64,000 bases of DNA from Haliotis cracherodii (Eukaryota): assembly GCF_022045235.1 (NCBI RefSeq), contig NW_027266297.1:53196001-53260000 (forward strand), in the 5' to 3' direction. Shown one piece after another: positions 25,500-38,767 of this stretch. How positions within the stretch are numbered: the stretch's first letter is position 1; each line of letters starts with the position of its first letter. The notes under the pieces were generated by a model, which was given only the letters and a program-made list of their open reading frames with translations, searched no databases and had not been told where the DNA came from. Both the position numbers and the translations under genes were made by a program.

Positions 25500-25790
25500 C
25501 TGTTATGTATACACAAGGGTAGTGATGACAATCATCAGTGAAGTCAGTGATATAAACAAAGGATGAAGCCAGTAATAAAAACAACGGGATAATGGCTGAT
25601 TGGGGTCTTTGATGAGTTGATGGTACGCCGGGGGTATGTAATAGCCTTGGTCACGGTTGATTGACGGCTGGAGTCTTTTGTTGTTGATGGCTTCTTGTAG
25701 TTTCCTGATCTTGAAGTCTTTGAGGTTGGTGGTGAGGGCTGTGACTCTCTCCCACTGAATGTTGTTCATTCACAAAGTTGCTCATACATA
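25500..25790 (-). mobile_element. Penelope-like GIY-YIG endonuclease C-terminal fragment
   Basis: W..V......RKLQEAI.....PSINRDQG..IPPAY matches the EAI...LNRD.G motif of Penelope endonucleases. Confidence 0.7.
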
Positions 25791-25811
25791 AATTCTTATC
25801 GTTACTTAATA

Positions 25812-27266
25812 TACTGGTCAAATTAAAAACATCACATTTTTAAAAGAAATCCCATATATGCTATACAACGGATAAATGTATCAAAGAAGGTAATTAACGG
25901 TGGCAACCTTAATTTGTTCCAAGCACCTACGGTATTCGGCAATAACATCAACAGTTTAAATCATAAGTCCCAAGCACGAGAATATGATGGCACACAAGTT
26001 CAGTAGCGTGTATGGCCACCATGTGCGTTGACAACTACCACACAACGCCTCCGCATGGACCTTGTGATGCTTGTGAACACATGATAAGGAAGACGACGCC
26101 ATTGGTGCTGCAAAATGGTGCCAAGATCTTGCAAATTCTGTGGTTGGTCCTGGAGAGTGCGCAGACCTCTGCCAAGAGCATCCCAGACGTGTTCGGTGGG
26201 ATTGAGGTCGGAAAACCTTGACGGCCAGTCCATGACGTTGACTCCCGCAATCTGAAGGAAATTCCTTGTCAAAATTGCTGTGTGGGGTCTGGCATTGTGG
26301 TGTTGGAAGATCAAACCGGGTCCATGTGCTGCCATAAAAGGCAGAAGTTCTGGTACCAGTACCTGGTCGCGGTAAGCAGCGGCGTTGAGGTTGCCACGGA
26401 TGACAAGAAGCCTGGAACGTGCATTGCCACAGAAAGCACCCAACACCATGACACTTCCGCCTCGAAATCTGTCAACTTCCTGTACACAACACTGGGCGTA
26501 ACGTTCACGACGGCGCCTCCACACCTTCGCCCTACCATCAGCAAATCGAAGATTAAATCGGGATTCATCACTGAAGACAACTTGATTCGAATTCCTCTGA
26601 GTCCATCGTAAGTGTCGCTGTGCCCACAATTGACGTTGACGTCTGTATAATTGAGTCAGAATCGGCCCGCAGTATGGCCGTCGTGCTTGAAGGTGAGCAG
26701 TTCTCAGACGGTTTCGAACAGTTTGCGCACTCAGTCTACCCCTAAACAGTTCATTTCTGGTTAATGTAGCCGTCAAAAATCGGTTACGGAGGTTACGTAA
26801 GACAATCTGACGATCCTGTGCATGTGATGTCACACGTGGTCGACCTGGCCGAGGTCGATCAGCGGTGGTACCCGTTTGCTGTAGACAGCAAACAGTCCGT
26901 CGACTACAACCCATCGTCCTTGCGACTTCAGCTACGGACGTTCCCATCTGCAACATGCACATTTGACAGGCGTGGCATGACAAATGGCCGTAAAGACTTT
27001 TTTTTCTTATTTCGTTAACGACTGCTAACAAGTATGGCTGAAAACACGTGCGGTATTATGGCCACGTGACCAGTTGCACGTGAAAAAACGCTTTTGCCAC
27101 TATAGTGCTGTGCACATGATTTTAATCGATTCACCTGCACACAAACGGGTGTTATCTGAAGACAATACGTGGCCATTACTTTTTAAATACACAATAAGGG
27201 CCCACACTGATAACTGGTCAAAATGTTAAAATTTTAGGATTGTGAAGTTTTTAATTTGGTTCAGTA
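25812..27266 (-). mobile_element. Tc1-family transposon, full length but defective
   Basis: TIRs TACTGGTCAAATTAAAAACATCACA / TGTGAAGTTTTTAATTTGGTTCAGTA with TA TSD. Transposase at 26000 to about 26979 with FSDES, FQHHNARPH (second catalytic D changed to H), DLNPTEHVW and GGHTRY. N-terminal frameshift. Confidence 0.93.
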
Positions 27267-27529
27267 TACAAACAACCTTGTCTCAACTGACACAACAGTT
27301 TACCCTGTACTTACGCTGTCGTCCCAGTTTAGGAGCATTGTAACCAAATGCATTTTTACGTTTTATAATGCGTGCTTTTTATATCAATACGATTTAAATC
27401 TCCGTATAATTACTGAGAAGATTTATAGTTTTAAATCATACTGATTGATAAATGACATAGTTTTGAATTCGTTGAATAATATTGTCACACTTAGTGTTTA
27501 AATGACATAGATTGTCGCCACCTGGAAGT

Positions 27530-28280
27530 CGTAAGGTTCGTGGAGGAAGCATCCTGGTTTGGGCTGGTGTACTCGCGAAGGGTGGACCCTCACATCGTGT
27601 CGGGGAACCTGAAAGAAACCCATTAGTGAGATGAGATTTTTTCAGTTTTCATTTGAGGTTAGTTCGATAAGGGTGCCATCACTTAGATACATTCAGGTAT
27701 CCTCCTGGTTGCAGCAATTAACGTTAACGCCACTGGCGTTCCGCAGGTAATATCTGAGTGTGGTGGCAGTTACGGAGTGATGACGTCTTCCTGCAATCAG
27801 GAGAAACCTGTCTTCCTGCTGTGTGTCGGGGAGCTGTCGACCACCTGTAAGTCGCTGGGTAGCTGATCCAAACGTCATCGATCCCATGCCCCGCTGATCA
27901 CACTTTGGCTGACACCAAAGACGTTTGCTACGTAACGTTATGTTGACCCAATTTCAAGCATGCCTTTTCATTGGCTACTTCTTCGGTTGACAAACGACAT
28001 CTTTGACGCTGAGGGGGCATACGTGCATCCAGTTGTTGCAATCCTCAGTTGCAAATGGTGTAGTGCTCTCTGATAATGATATGCAACGATTCTGCCACGA
28101 TACATCCAAACACAGGCTTTCAAGCACCTCGTGCACTTAGTCCCCATGACTGCATGCCTCTGTAAGTTCATCATGTAATTGAGGTCCTCTGGGGGTTATC
28201 CAATCATTGTGTACCGGGATATGTCAATCTTCATATATGGGTGAATTTGTTGATAAAACTTCAGCAGTAAACTTTGAGTA
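27530..28280 (-). mobile_element. Highly degenerate Tc1 relic
   Basis: Minus-strand remnants of GML....VANVFGVSQSVIS, R.TTQQEDRFL and TATTLR. A short plus-strand GGSILVWAG..GNL piece at about 27535-27615. Confidence 0.65.
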
Positions 28281-29164
28281 GTATATTATAAACTTTGTAT
28301 ATAGGTTCGTGGAGGAATTAGGATTAAGTTACTCCAAGTTGTTATGTTCATCTAGTGTTTGTGGGAGTGTTTGTGTTCGTGCGTGTAAATTATTTCAAAA
28401 TGTTCTTAATACCCCTTTCATAATTATCTGCGAAAAGTGTTTTGTGTTTATAAGTATAATGGTACGAAAAACTGCAAACTCGATAACCACACAAAACAAA
28501 ATTCCATAGATCCATTCGCATGGCCTAATTCGTCCATCAGATTTCAAATTGTGAAATTAATTACGTACGGTCGTCATTTGGTTGTTGCAATAATTATTAA
28601 AAGGAGAATTATGTAAAGGCAGGCTATGTTAAGACAGGGATGTACAAACCTGTCTCCGCTCGACCTGTATCATTCCGGATCTCCCCCGATTCTAGCTCCT
28701 AATTGTTGGATTGGTATTTTAGAAGTTGGTGAGTAAACTCTCCTTCCTGTTGCAGCAGTCGCGGGATGAATTGGCTGGAGACATTGCATCCCATGTGCAC
28801 ATCGCTCGACTCCCATTCAAGAACCAATATGGTAATCGAGGATGTAGACCTCGCATACTTATCGAGATTCTACCACGATAAACTTGACGATCATTTTAAC
28901 AGTAGCTATTTTGTCCTTTAGCGAGCCCTTTGTCACACAGAAAGTAAGTCTAACAGTGTTAACTAAATTATATCGTATGTTTTGGGTATAACATGTCTAC
29001 AACACATACACACGTTTTTAAACTGCATGTCACGCATAATTATATTAAGGTACGAAGTTTGGCTGAAATGGGGTTTAACAACATTATTATTATTATTATA
29101 AAGCGACGTGCATGTATGAATAGATGTGTGCGTATGCAGGTGCGTGCGAGCGTGCGTCGTGTGT

Positions 29165-29340
29165 GCCTCAGTTTAACATGGATACCACCCTTCTAGCCGA
29201 TCAGTCCTCGTTTTATCGCCAGAAGGTGTAACAGCATGTGCTGTCTTTCAACGCCTTATGGTTTGACGCTGCCAGAGGATCGAACCACCGACCGTCCGCT
29301 CTCCGGGGAGACACTCAGTCCAGTACACCACAGAGACGGT
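29165..29340 (-). mobile_element. tRNA-derived SINE family C (Meta/V-domain-like), degenerate
   Basis: Minus-strand A/B boxes (GGTTCGATCC) followed by CAAACCATAAGGCGTTGAAA. Related pieces at about 59460-59600 and 61275-61440. Confidence 0.55.
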
Positions 29341-31209
29341 TATTAACGTACGAATAAAATGCGACTGAATCTAATATGGTTACATCGCGTTATATCTGTG
29401 ATGGTTAACTCAGTCTGTTGTTTTGAGCAAACCCTCAAGGTAATAGATGTCTCTTGCTCTGGGCAGAAGCGGGCGACACATATAAGTAGGCAACACACCG
29501 TGAAGACTTGCGCCCTTTGCCGATCGTGTATTTGAATTTCGAATTCGCCCTTATTATGAATATTCAGCACCGCTCACACCCGTGCTCATGAAGTGATGCT
29601 AGTCTACACCTCCCACATTAAGCTGACACACCGTGATATAAAGGAAAAACTGTTTAAAGCGGCGTTCACAGTTAATAAATCATAAAGTCTGTATTATTCA
29701 AGGATGAAAGTGAACGTGTATCTTGATTGTACATTGACGTGTCTTGTTTAGACTACAGATAGAATAGATGCTGTATTTTACACTGAACATGTTGACAATA
29801 TGGGTAAGATGAAACGACAGTTGCTCGCTTGCTCATCGTACAAACAAATGACACGTATTGCTGTGGTCATGGTTTTGGAATTTGAATATGTATCATAACG
29901 CAATGTTCCAACTGATGTTTATAAAGCACAATGTGGACTTAATTATATATCGATAAAATGTAGTGTATTTATGGGGACCTTTTCAAACCAAACATGTACA
30001 ACTGATAGTAACTGCAGGCTCTCCTGTTCGTTCAAGGTTAGATTTAACCCAGTTGGCATGTTTGAATAACCATTATACACTATGTACATAATGATTGATA
30101 TTGGACAGTTGGAATAAAGTTTATACTAGCTGGGCCAGGCGCGTATTTGTAAGGCCTTAAATTGTAATCTATCCTGAATAGTTTTTTTCTCAACTTCTAC
30201 CACACAAATGTCCTATTGACGATAGTTCTGCATAGGTCGACCCTGATCATGACGTCAATAGCTGACACTTAAACACCCCTTGCAGTATGACTTACACAGT
30301 CTAAAAAAACTCAAGGTCGATCACCAGTATCCCTTGCTGTTGGATAGTAGTGTACATCTATACATTTCCGTGGAATAGGCGGACTATATCCTCACTTAAA
30401 AAACATAGTTCATTGAATTTAGTAATTCGTACTGCAAAGTCTGTGTCGGTAATATACAACGGAGGGCGTCTCGGGCATGCAGACAACTTACAAGTTACAT
30501 ATGAGCGTTATACAACAGTAACAAAGAACGGCTGTTACACAGCATTCCTTCATGTACATAGTCATGGTCGAGGAATCAGTAACCAGGGAAACGTTAAGAA
30601 GATGTTATTTAAAGATGTTCTCATCCTGTTTTCAATGCGTTTCAGTATATATCTTCATTGAAGCAAAGTGAACACCTACGTACACGTACACTGTAATAGC
30701 CTTAAAATGCAAAACAGGTATCACTGGCGAATGTACTTTTCAAACCGTTTTGTGGGTTGAAGTATCAGGGAGCTTATTTAAGATTGATGCATGGGTTTTG
30801 TGTACATTACCCCAGAGGGTTCCAAATACACTGATGGTGACATGTTTTAATATATTGAAAACCATATCGCTCTGGTTTACTTCAATTCAAATTAATTATC
30901 CTGCTTTGATATGTAAATGCAAGGATGAAAAAGATTACAAGATTACTGTTTCGATGACGAACTTATAGTTTGAGATTTACATCTTGTTGTCGATTACATG
31001 AGGCAAGAATTTGACTACGAATCAATTTTGGATGACCTTGACCTACGAAGACGAAGGAAATCTAATGACTCTGGTCACACAAATAATTGTGGTAATAATC
31101 TGGTTAAGTTATGTAAAAGCCATAACATTTGAAACGGTAGATTGGGCGAAGAAAAGATGGAAAGAAGAACCACATGTAAAGACACAAGTACCATCGACTA
31201 CATTATTTC

Positions 31210-31212
<3 letters not shown>

Positions 31213-31273
<61 letters not shown>
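31213..31273 (+). repeat. (CT)n microsatellite
   Basis: Perfect dinucleotide run. Confidence 0.95.
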
Positions 31274-31276
<3 letters not shown>

Positions 31277-31959
31277 TAGTGTAGGTGATTTCCCCCAGTG
31301 TTATATGATGTACATTGTCCCGTAAGTTGCGTTCTAAATTCATGTATTACAAGTGCAGAGGGTATAAATCAGGTTATCAACAATAACAAGTGTACAGACA
31401 CCAGTCTACTGGCGCGCAGCCAAACAAGTTTGACAGCAGTTGAAAAACACCTGACCCAGAACTATCTGGGCAACGCGTGAAGGTCAAGGTGACTTAACCG
31501 AATTCATTCGCGGATAAGATCAAGTTGATTCTGCACGGGCTGCATTCGGAGTGTGTCCATGTAAGACACATACTACCACACATCGTGGTGTCGTACCACC
31601 TATTGATGCAAGTACCTATACTGTCACAAAGCGCACATGTGTAACCCAGAAGATAAAACAAAGTGTAATTTGCATGTGGTGCCTACATCATCATGAATTA
31701 GAATATGGCACATTCCAGTTTAAATATATACACAAAGAAAATACCCCTATTTCTGAACCATGACAAATGGCAAAAATCATGGCATGGGATGACTGACCAC
31801 AGGAGCTGGGCGATACCAATGTCATCAGATAGAACAAACATTTGACAACAAATAAAGAAGATATTGGTGAGTTGTGATTGAAATTTACCGACGATAACAT
31901 CATGGTAACAGAGGTACTGTTTTTGACCTTAGACAATACCTAAAAAAGGTATTGAGCTG

Positions 31960-33610
31960 CAGGATTAAGAAAACGAGTTACGTTTGATGTGAAAATGTTC
32001 CTTAAAGTCTCTACTTGACATGCCACGTGAAACAGATCAGTAGCGGGTATAACCGCCACGTGCCCGGATGACGCCCAGTCAGACGTTGGATCTGTTGATG
32101 GGTCAACAACAACCACTCCTGATGCAATGCTGCTTCAAATTGGCGCAAATCTTGTACAAAAGGTTCTGTGCCCCTAGCCTGTTAAGTTGCCCCTTATGGT
32201 GACCAAATCCAATCTGTAATCATGAGAGATACACTCTCAAACCATTACCGAGCCCCTGCCGTTTGCAACAGTCGGTTTAATGTTCCTGGGGATGTAGGCC
32301 GTGTTCCGGTGCCTCCAAACTCTCGTTCTTCCATCAGTGACGTGAAGTAGAAAGCGACGTTCGTCTGACCAATGGATCCGTCTCCAAGTTCTCAGATTCC
32401 AGTCCTGTCGCGCAATACACCATGCCAAACGAGCAGCATTTGTGGTGATCTCTCAACAAGGGACGCTTTATGACTCGTCTAGCCCTCAGTCCCACTGCTT
32501 TCAGTCGGTTCCTGACGGTTCTGGTGCTGAAACGACGATTGGGCAACCACAGCTGTTTCAGACGAGTACTTGTTCTCGGCTTCTCGGCGTATGAGACGAA
32601 GAAGGTCCAAGTCTTCGCGATGTCACAGGAGGTCCTCCGGATCTGGGGCGGTCCTGTACATCACCGGTCTGAGGATGTTTCTCGACTAAACGGCTTACGA
32701 CAGTGTGATGATACACCCAATTCCGACCAATGACATTACAACACATTCCTTAAAGTCTCTACTTGACATGACACGTGAAACAGATCAGTAGCGGGTATAA
32801 CCGCCACGTGCCCGGATGACGCCCAGCCAGACGTTGGATCTGTTGATGGGTCAACAACAACCACTCCTGATGCAATGCTGCTTCAAATTGGCGCAAATCT
32901 TGTACAAAAGGTTCTCGTTCTCGTTCTCAGATTCCAGTCCTGTCGCGCAATACACAATGCCAAACGAGCAGCATTTGTGGTGATCTCTCAACAAGGGACG
33001 CTTTATGACTCGTCTAGCCCTCAGTCCCACTGCTTTCAGTCGGTTCCTGACGGTTCTGGTGCTGAAACGACGATTGGGCAACCACAGCTGTTTCAGACGA
33101 GTACTTGTTCTCGGCTTCTCGGCGTATGAGACGAAGAAGGTCCAAGTCTTCGCGATGTGCCGTCACAGGAGGTCCTCCGGATCTGGGGCGGTCCTGTACA
33201 TCACCGGTCTGAGGATGTTTCTCGACTAAACGGCTTACGACAGTGTGATGATACACCCAATTCAAACCAATGACATTACAACACATTCCTGCGTTTGGCA
33301 TGCAGATTATTTACCATCTTCTGGCGTTTGATAATGGTGCTATGGTCACACAGTGTCATGGAATAACTGTTTAAAACCGAGCTTAAGAAAGCAATTTTAA
33401 CGTTTGGATATACTGCTTTTAGAGATACTCGAGGGTAGCATGCTGCACGGGCATACCATGCATGGCACGTGAGCTTTCGTCATACATGACTGATTACATC
33501 ATCTCGAGAAAACATAATTCTTCCCGTTATTATATATTTCATGACTGTTACAAATATTGGGACCAATAATGAAATATATTAGGGTGTACTTAACTTTTTT
33601 CTTTGTGTAT
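31960..33610 (-). mobile_element. Deleted Tc1 element with internal tandem duplication
   Basis: Transposase remnants DRPRSG.P.VT, RTVRNRLKAVGL, WSDE.RF and ARGGYTRY. Near-identical units 31998-32745 and 32746-33290. Confidence 0.85.
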
Positions 33611-34759
33611 ACATGTAATATAGAAGCAGAAAACAAACTTATTATGAAAATTGTGTCGACTTTGTCATCCGTCAGAATCAAGCATACACACAGCTTAGGT
33701 GAGATGGACTTTAACGTCTCATTCTAGATTATTGCACGTATAGCAAGTTCAATCGAAATGCTTCATGGAAATGCTGTATGGGGAAATAGGTCGGACAGAG
33801 CTACACTGGTACCCTGCTCTTCGTCCCCGAGCGGCTGCAGGCGAAGGGCGCAAGCGCTCTGGGGCAGGTAAATCAGTTTAGGACAGGACGTGGCTCCCTG
33901 TTATGATTTTTGCCGAATAACATAAACATGTGTAGTGTAATAATTTACAGTGAGGAATTTTCTCAAACATATTTCCATAATTACTCATGTCAATATGAAT
34001 TCCGTATGTACCCATATCATTATACACATGTGAGACAACGATAAAGTTGGTTAATATCTTTCCAACGATTACTCATCCCCATGGCGCATTTCACCCCCCA
34101 GGCAAGGGGAAAATCTATCCCTAGTTTTATTTTCCATTTGCACTTTACACAAATAGTGCCCACGCCACTGTAACATATATTTATGTTTTCATAAACCATT
34201 AATCCAATCAATGCTTCCAGTGAACAGTTTGATGTAATTTAAGATGGAAAAAACACACTTGCCGTAGATGTTTCATAGGTGTTACAGACCATTTTGTATA
34301 CATTGTATACTAGCAGTTGGTACACTATTTTTCAGAAGTTAAACAATGCTGATACCACAGGAGACCTATAGAAAGATAGATACAAAGTAACGATGAATTT
34401 CTTGTTTTTTGCACCGAATTAACATATTTTTTAAAACAAGCCATTAATCTAATGGAAGCTTCCGGTGAGCGGTTCGATGTAATATAAGGGGGAAAACATC
34501 GTCGTACAGCTTCCTAAAATGTACAGACCATTCATTATAACATGGAACACATCCTCAACATATGACATATTATGATAATGGTTGAAATACTGCCCATGTG
34601 ACGGTAAATAATAACTCACTCACTCACTATTATGTGAATGACAACACAAGCATAGCCTATCAACTAAGGGCTCATTACCAATATGCCTAGTTCTGTCTGT
34701 GTAGTTTTGTAGAGTGATTGATGGCCTTGCGTTCCTGCCCCTTGACGATGTGTTAACAA

Positions 34760-35575
34760 GGTATGTAGTATCCAAGGAAAGTGCTGTCTGAGACACAGAA
34801 ATGGAAAAGAACGAGTGCCGAACAGATATCAAGAGTTTGACGTTAGAGAAAAGTACTCCCCAAGAAATTCATGACCCTTAGTCTTGACGTCCCTCAACTT
34901 CCATCAGTGAAGATTCAAAGAAGGAGATAGAAAAACTTATTCTGTCAGATAGACATATTATCATTGCTGAATTTGAGCAAGATACAGGTTAAAGCCATGG
35001 ATCCATCATTGAAACTATTATTCATGAACATTTACAGATGAATAAGACATATGCTCCTAGGGTGCCAAAGTTTCTAAATTCTGATCTTAAGCAAAAAAGA
35101 ACTGACATTGCCAGAGACAATTTAGAACTACTTGAGGAGGATTTTATCAAATTCAAAAATAGATTAGTAACGGGTAATGAAGCATGGGTCTACCACAATG
35201 ATCCCGAATCAAAACGTCAAGCCGTTGAATGGCAACATTCCACTTCTCCAGCGCCAAAGAAATTCAAGTCTTCAAGATCAGTGAAGAAAGTTATGGCCAC
35301 TGTATTCTGGAATGCAATGTGTATGATCCTTGTTGATAACTTAGAAAGTCAAAGGGCGATTACCGGTGCCTACAATTTGCTTCATCGCCTGACAGATTCG
35401 ATCAAAGAAAAGCGGCGAGGACTGCTGACTGGGGAGGTTCTACGATTCTACTATATCTCACACCTCTCGACTTGCAAAGGCAGCTGTGCGACAATGTGGG
35501 TTCGAAGAGCTTCCTCACCCTCTATTCTCCCCAGATCTGGCACCAAGTGATTTCCACCCGATTCCTAAACTGAAT
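34760..35575 (+). mobile_element. Mariner (D,D34D) transposase pseudogene
   Basis: LVTGNEAWVYHNDPESKRQ..EW, KVMATVFW and HPLFSPDLAPSDF; frameshifted. Confidence 0.88.
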
Positions 35576-35700
35576 GATACTTTTATCTACATAGATGATA
35601 CTCACATTTACGTAGATGATACTATATTCTACGTAGATGACACATTGTACTTTCATCTAGGTAGATGATCTACGTAAAAGATACTTTCATCCATGTAACA
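35575..35700 (+). repeat. Tandem ~21-nt repeats with core TACGTAGATGAT, probably subterminal repeats of a non-autonomous DNA transposon that ends near 37995
   Basis: Four to five imperfect copies; the same core recurs at about 37945-37960. Confidence 0.55.
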
Positions 35701-36192
35701 ATATTTTCTCGACTAATCAACACGAGTTCCGGGTCAGTTATATATAACCTCTGGCTTAACTAATAATGATCAATTTGTTTGATGTTCTACCTTGATATGT
35801 CTTTATTGAGGGATTATCTAAACTTTGCATTGAGGAAATCTTCATTTCAATGTGTCTAAGTCACTGGAGATTTAGAATGGCACACGCCACACTCTTTGAC
35901 AACTTTAATAAAGAGAGGAGAGCACAAAATGTGCTCCAAACTACAAACAAACAACAGCAGATCATTGTTAAAAGATTTAGCGAAATTAGATATCAACTAT
36001 AACGTAAGCCGGATAAATAACTGTAATATGTTGATCCACATGATTTCTCCGTTACGGAAATTAGGTTTAAGAGGTAAAACGTGAATATTAAGGGGAGAGA
36101 ATCATTCAAACTATAAAGCGATATCAAACAAATACTCGTCATCAGCCTATAAAGCACTGATCGAAGTAATGATTCTGCAGTTTGTGTTTATA

Positions 36193-37690
36193 TACTGGCC
36201 ACATAAAGAAACTGTGCACGGAGAAAAATATAGATATAAGGGCACACCGTCCTTATATGAAATATAGGTTTGAACACAGCAATTATTGGAGACATTCAAA
36301 TGCTCATGCACGTGTCATGCGATATGACGGCATTGATGGGGGCCTATGAACGTGCAATGTGTTACTGCACGTGCATCCTGTGCAGCTGTACACAGCATGT
36401 GCAACTCAAAATTCGCTGTCACTTTGGAAAGCATGATCTGTGGTCATTCAAAAATTCAAAACTTCTCAGGCGCAGACACAAACATATCACAAGCAAATCA
36501 TGCCAAGATTGACAGCTGCACAGCGTCATGAAGCCATTGGAATGATCCGAGCGGGAATGAGGCAACAACAGGTGGCAACACATTTCCAATGCCATCGTAA
36601 CACGATATCGGCATTGGTGAGGCGTTATCAGAACACAAATGACGTTGCCGACCACCCACGTTCAGGACGTCCCCGAGTAACGACGCCAAGACAGGACAGA
36701 TGGATTCGAGTTACACATCCCCGACACAGGTTCCAAACGGCAGTAACGACGTCCCAGACAATTCCTGCACTGCGCCGTATCCATCCCGACACTGTCAGGG
36801 ATCGTTTACGTCAGTACGGGATTCGACCACGACGCCCTGCCATACGTCCCATCCTGACACACCGTCATCGAGTCAACCGTCTAAGATGGTGTCGAAATCA
36901 TGTTCGCCAACCTCGAATATGGTGGAGAAATGTTGTCTTTACAGATGAATCGAGGTTCAACATTTCCCACAGTGACGGGCGCCAACGTGAGAGAGAACGT
37001 TATGCACGCAACTGTATTGTGGAGAGGAATCGTTTTGGAGGTGGCTCTGTGGTGATTTGGGGTGGGATAACAGCACGGCACCGAACCCCTTTGGTGGCTG
37101 TTCAGGGCAATCTCACCGGTGTTGGCTACAGAGATCAGATTCTGAGGCCTGTGATCATTCCTTTCCTGCAACGTCATGGCCCGGGATTGACATTTCAACA
37201 GTACAACGCTCGTCCTCACACGGCTAGGGTCGCAATGGATTTCCTTCACCATAACAATGTCATGTTACTGCCATGGCCTGCAAATTCTCCAGATCTCTCC
37301 CCAATAGAGTATGTGTGGGATAAAATGGAACGCCGTCTACGTCGTCTTCCACATCCTCCAGATAACGTCCGTGACTTGGCACAGGATTTGAGGAGGATAT
37401 GGCAGGCCATTCCCCAGGCCTTCCATGCCCATTTGGTGGACTCCATACGTTGCCGATGCACTGCTGTGGGTGGTCATACCCATTATTGACTTTGTGACTT
37501 TGTCGTTTGACCCCCTACTCCATTTTGATCTTCTGACGTCATCGTAACAGATGTTGTTCAGGTCCCGTTGACATTTTCTTATGGTCCGATCATTCAGCTG
37601 CTACAGCGTCTGCATCATTTTGTTCTTGCTGTGTTGTATTTCAATCCAGAATACATTTTCTCAATGCACAGTTTCTTTATGTGGCTAGTA
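36193..37690 (+). mobile_element. Tc1-family transposon, full length, with open transposase ORF 36500-37489
   Basis: 26-bp TIRs with one mismatch (TACTGGCCACATAAAGAAACTGTGCA) and TA TSD. HTH domain MPRLTAAQRHEAIGM; FTDES, FQQYNARPH (second D changed to Y), SPDLSPIE and GGHTHY. Confidence 0.95.
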
Positions 37691-38601
37691 TATATTAGCT
37701 CTGATAGATTGACAAGTTGTAATGATCTCAGTATGTAAAAATACGTTGAAGGCCAAATAAAAATATACGCCCAACATGTTCCCAAACTATAAATTAAATT
37801 AACAGTAATTAAGTAATCACCGTTATTTAAATATAAATGTTTGTATGAATTTGTATACAACTAGGGTCGCAACTGCACAAGACAATGTCACTGACTGAGT
37901 AACGATACGGACGATTAGAATATCTCAGACGGAGATGAAAGTATTATCTACGTAGATGATAAAAATATTAGACTGTGGCACTAATACGCTTCCAAAGAGT
38001 ATGGCTTCAGAAAACTTCTTCCTAACTGGAATTGAAATTAAAGCTTCACTATCGATATGAGAAGTGTGTTGAGAAGCAGCAATATTATGCTGAAAATTAA
38101 AATTAAAATCACTTTCACAAATGTTGGTTTTGTTTGTTAGGCTCTGAACTTTTCGACCAGCTCTCGTACTGTTAGTTTGTTAACAAGTGCTTATGATTGT
38201 GCAGAGTTTATAATTTTGTAATGTTTTCATATCATACTAAATGAATTATAACAATTTGTATTTTGCTTTTTTCTTGTGCCATTTTTACTACAATCTTACA
38301 TGTAATACATTAACCATAACAAAACTAGATTTGCAGCCAAACATATTGAATAATAAATACACCACAAATTGATGAAACTAGGGTTGTTATCACTAGTATA
38401 ATTCATGTTACAGATTATTCATTTCCTTGTGAGGTTCTGCATTTCAACAGATCTCCACAAGTAAGATAGTTTTCTAATTATGCAACGTTGACGGGAATAT
38501 CTCAGATTAAATTTCAAGTATGATGGGCTTCTTTTGGTTTGGTCATGGTTCATACATATGTAACTACAACGTCAGATTCACTGTAGTTGTGTTTAGGTTG
38601 A

Positions 38602-38767
38602 GTGAGTGAGTGAGTCCGGTTTTACGCCGCTTTTAGCAATATTCCAGTAATATCACGGCGGGGGACACCAGAAATGGGCTTCACACATTGTACCCATGTC
38701 GGGAATCGAACCCGGGTCTTCGGCGTGACGAGCGAACGCTTTAATCACTAGGCTACCCGACCGCCCC
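38602..38767 (-). mobile_element. Full-length tRNA-derived SINE family B
   Basis: A box TAGCCTAGTG, GTC anticodon-like loop, B box GGTTCGATTCCC and (ACTC)n tail. TSD TGTTTAGGTTGA / TGTTTGGGTTGA. Other copies at about 18805-18930, 19567-19699, 49113-49277, 53040-53172, 55785-55932 and 61118-61260. Confidence 0.9.

Noticed and set aside
28620-28910. GC-richer stretch, possibly a retroelement (DIRS-like) fragment
   Set aside because: No motif could be read with confidence.
35575-35700. CRISPR-like repeat-spacer pattern
   Set aside because: Eukaryotic context, period of about 21 nt, degenerate units and no cas genes; best explained as TE subterminal repeats.
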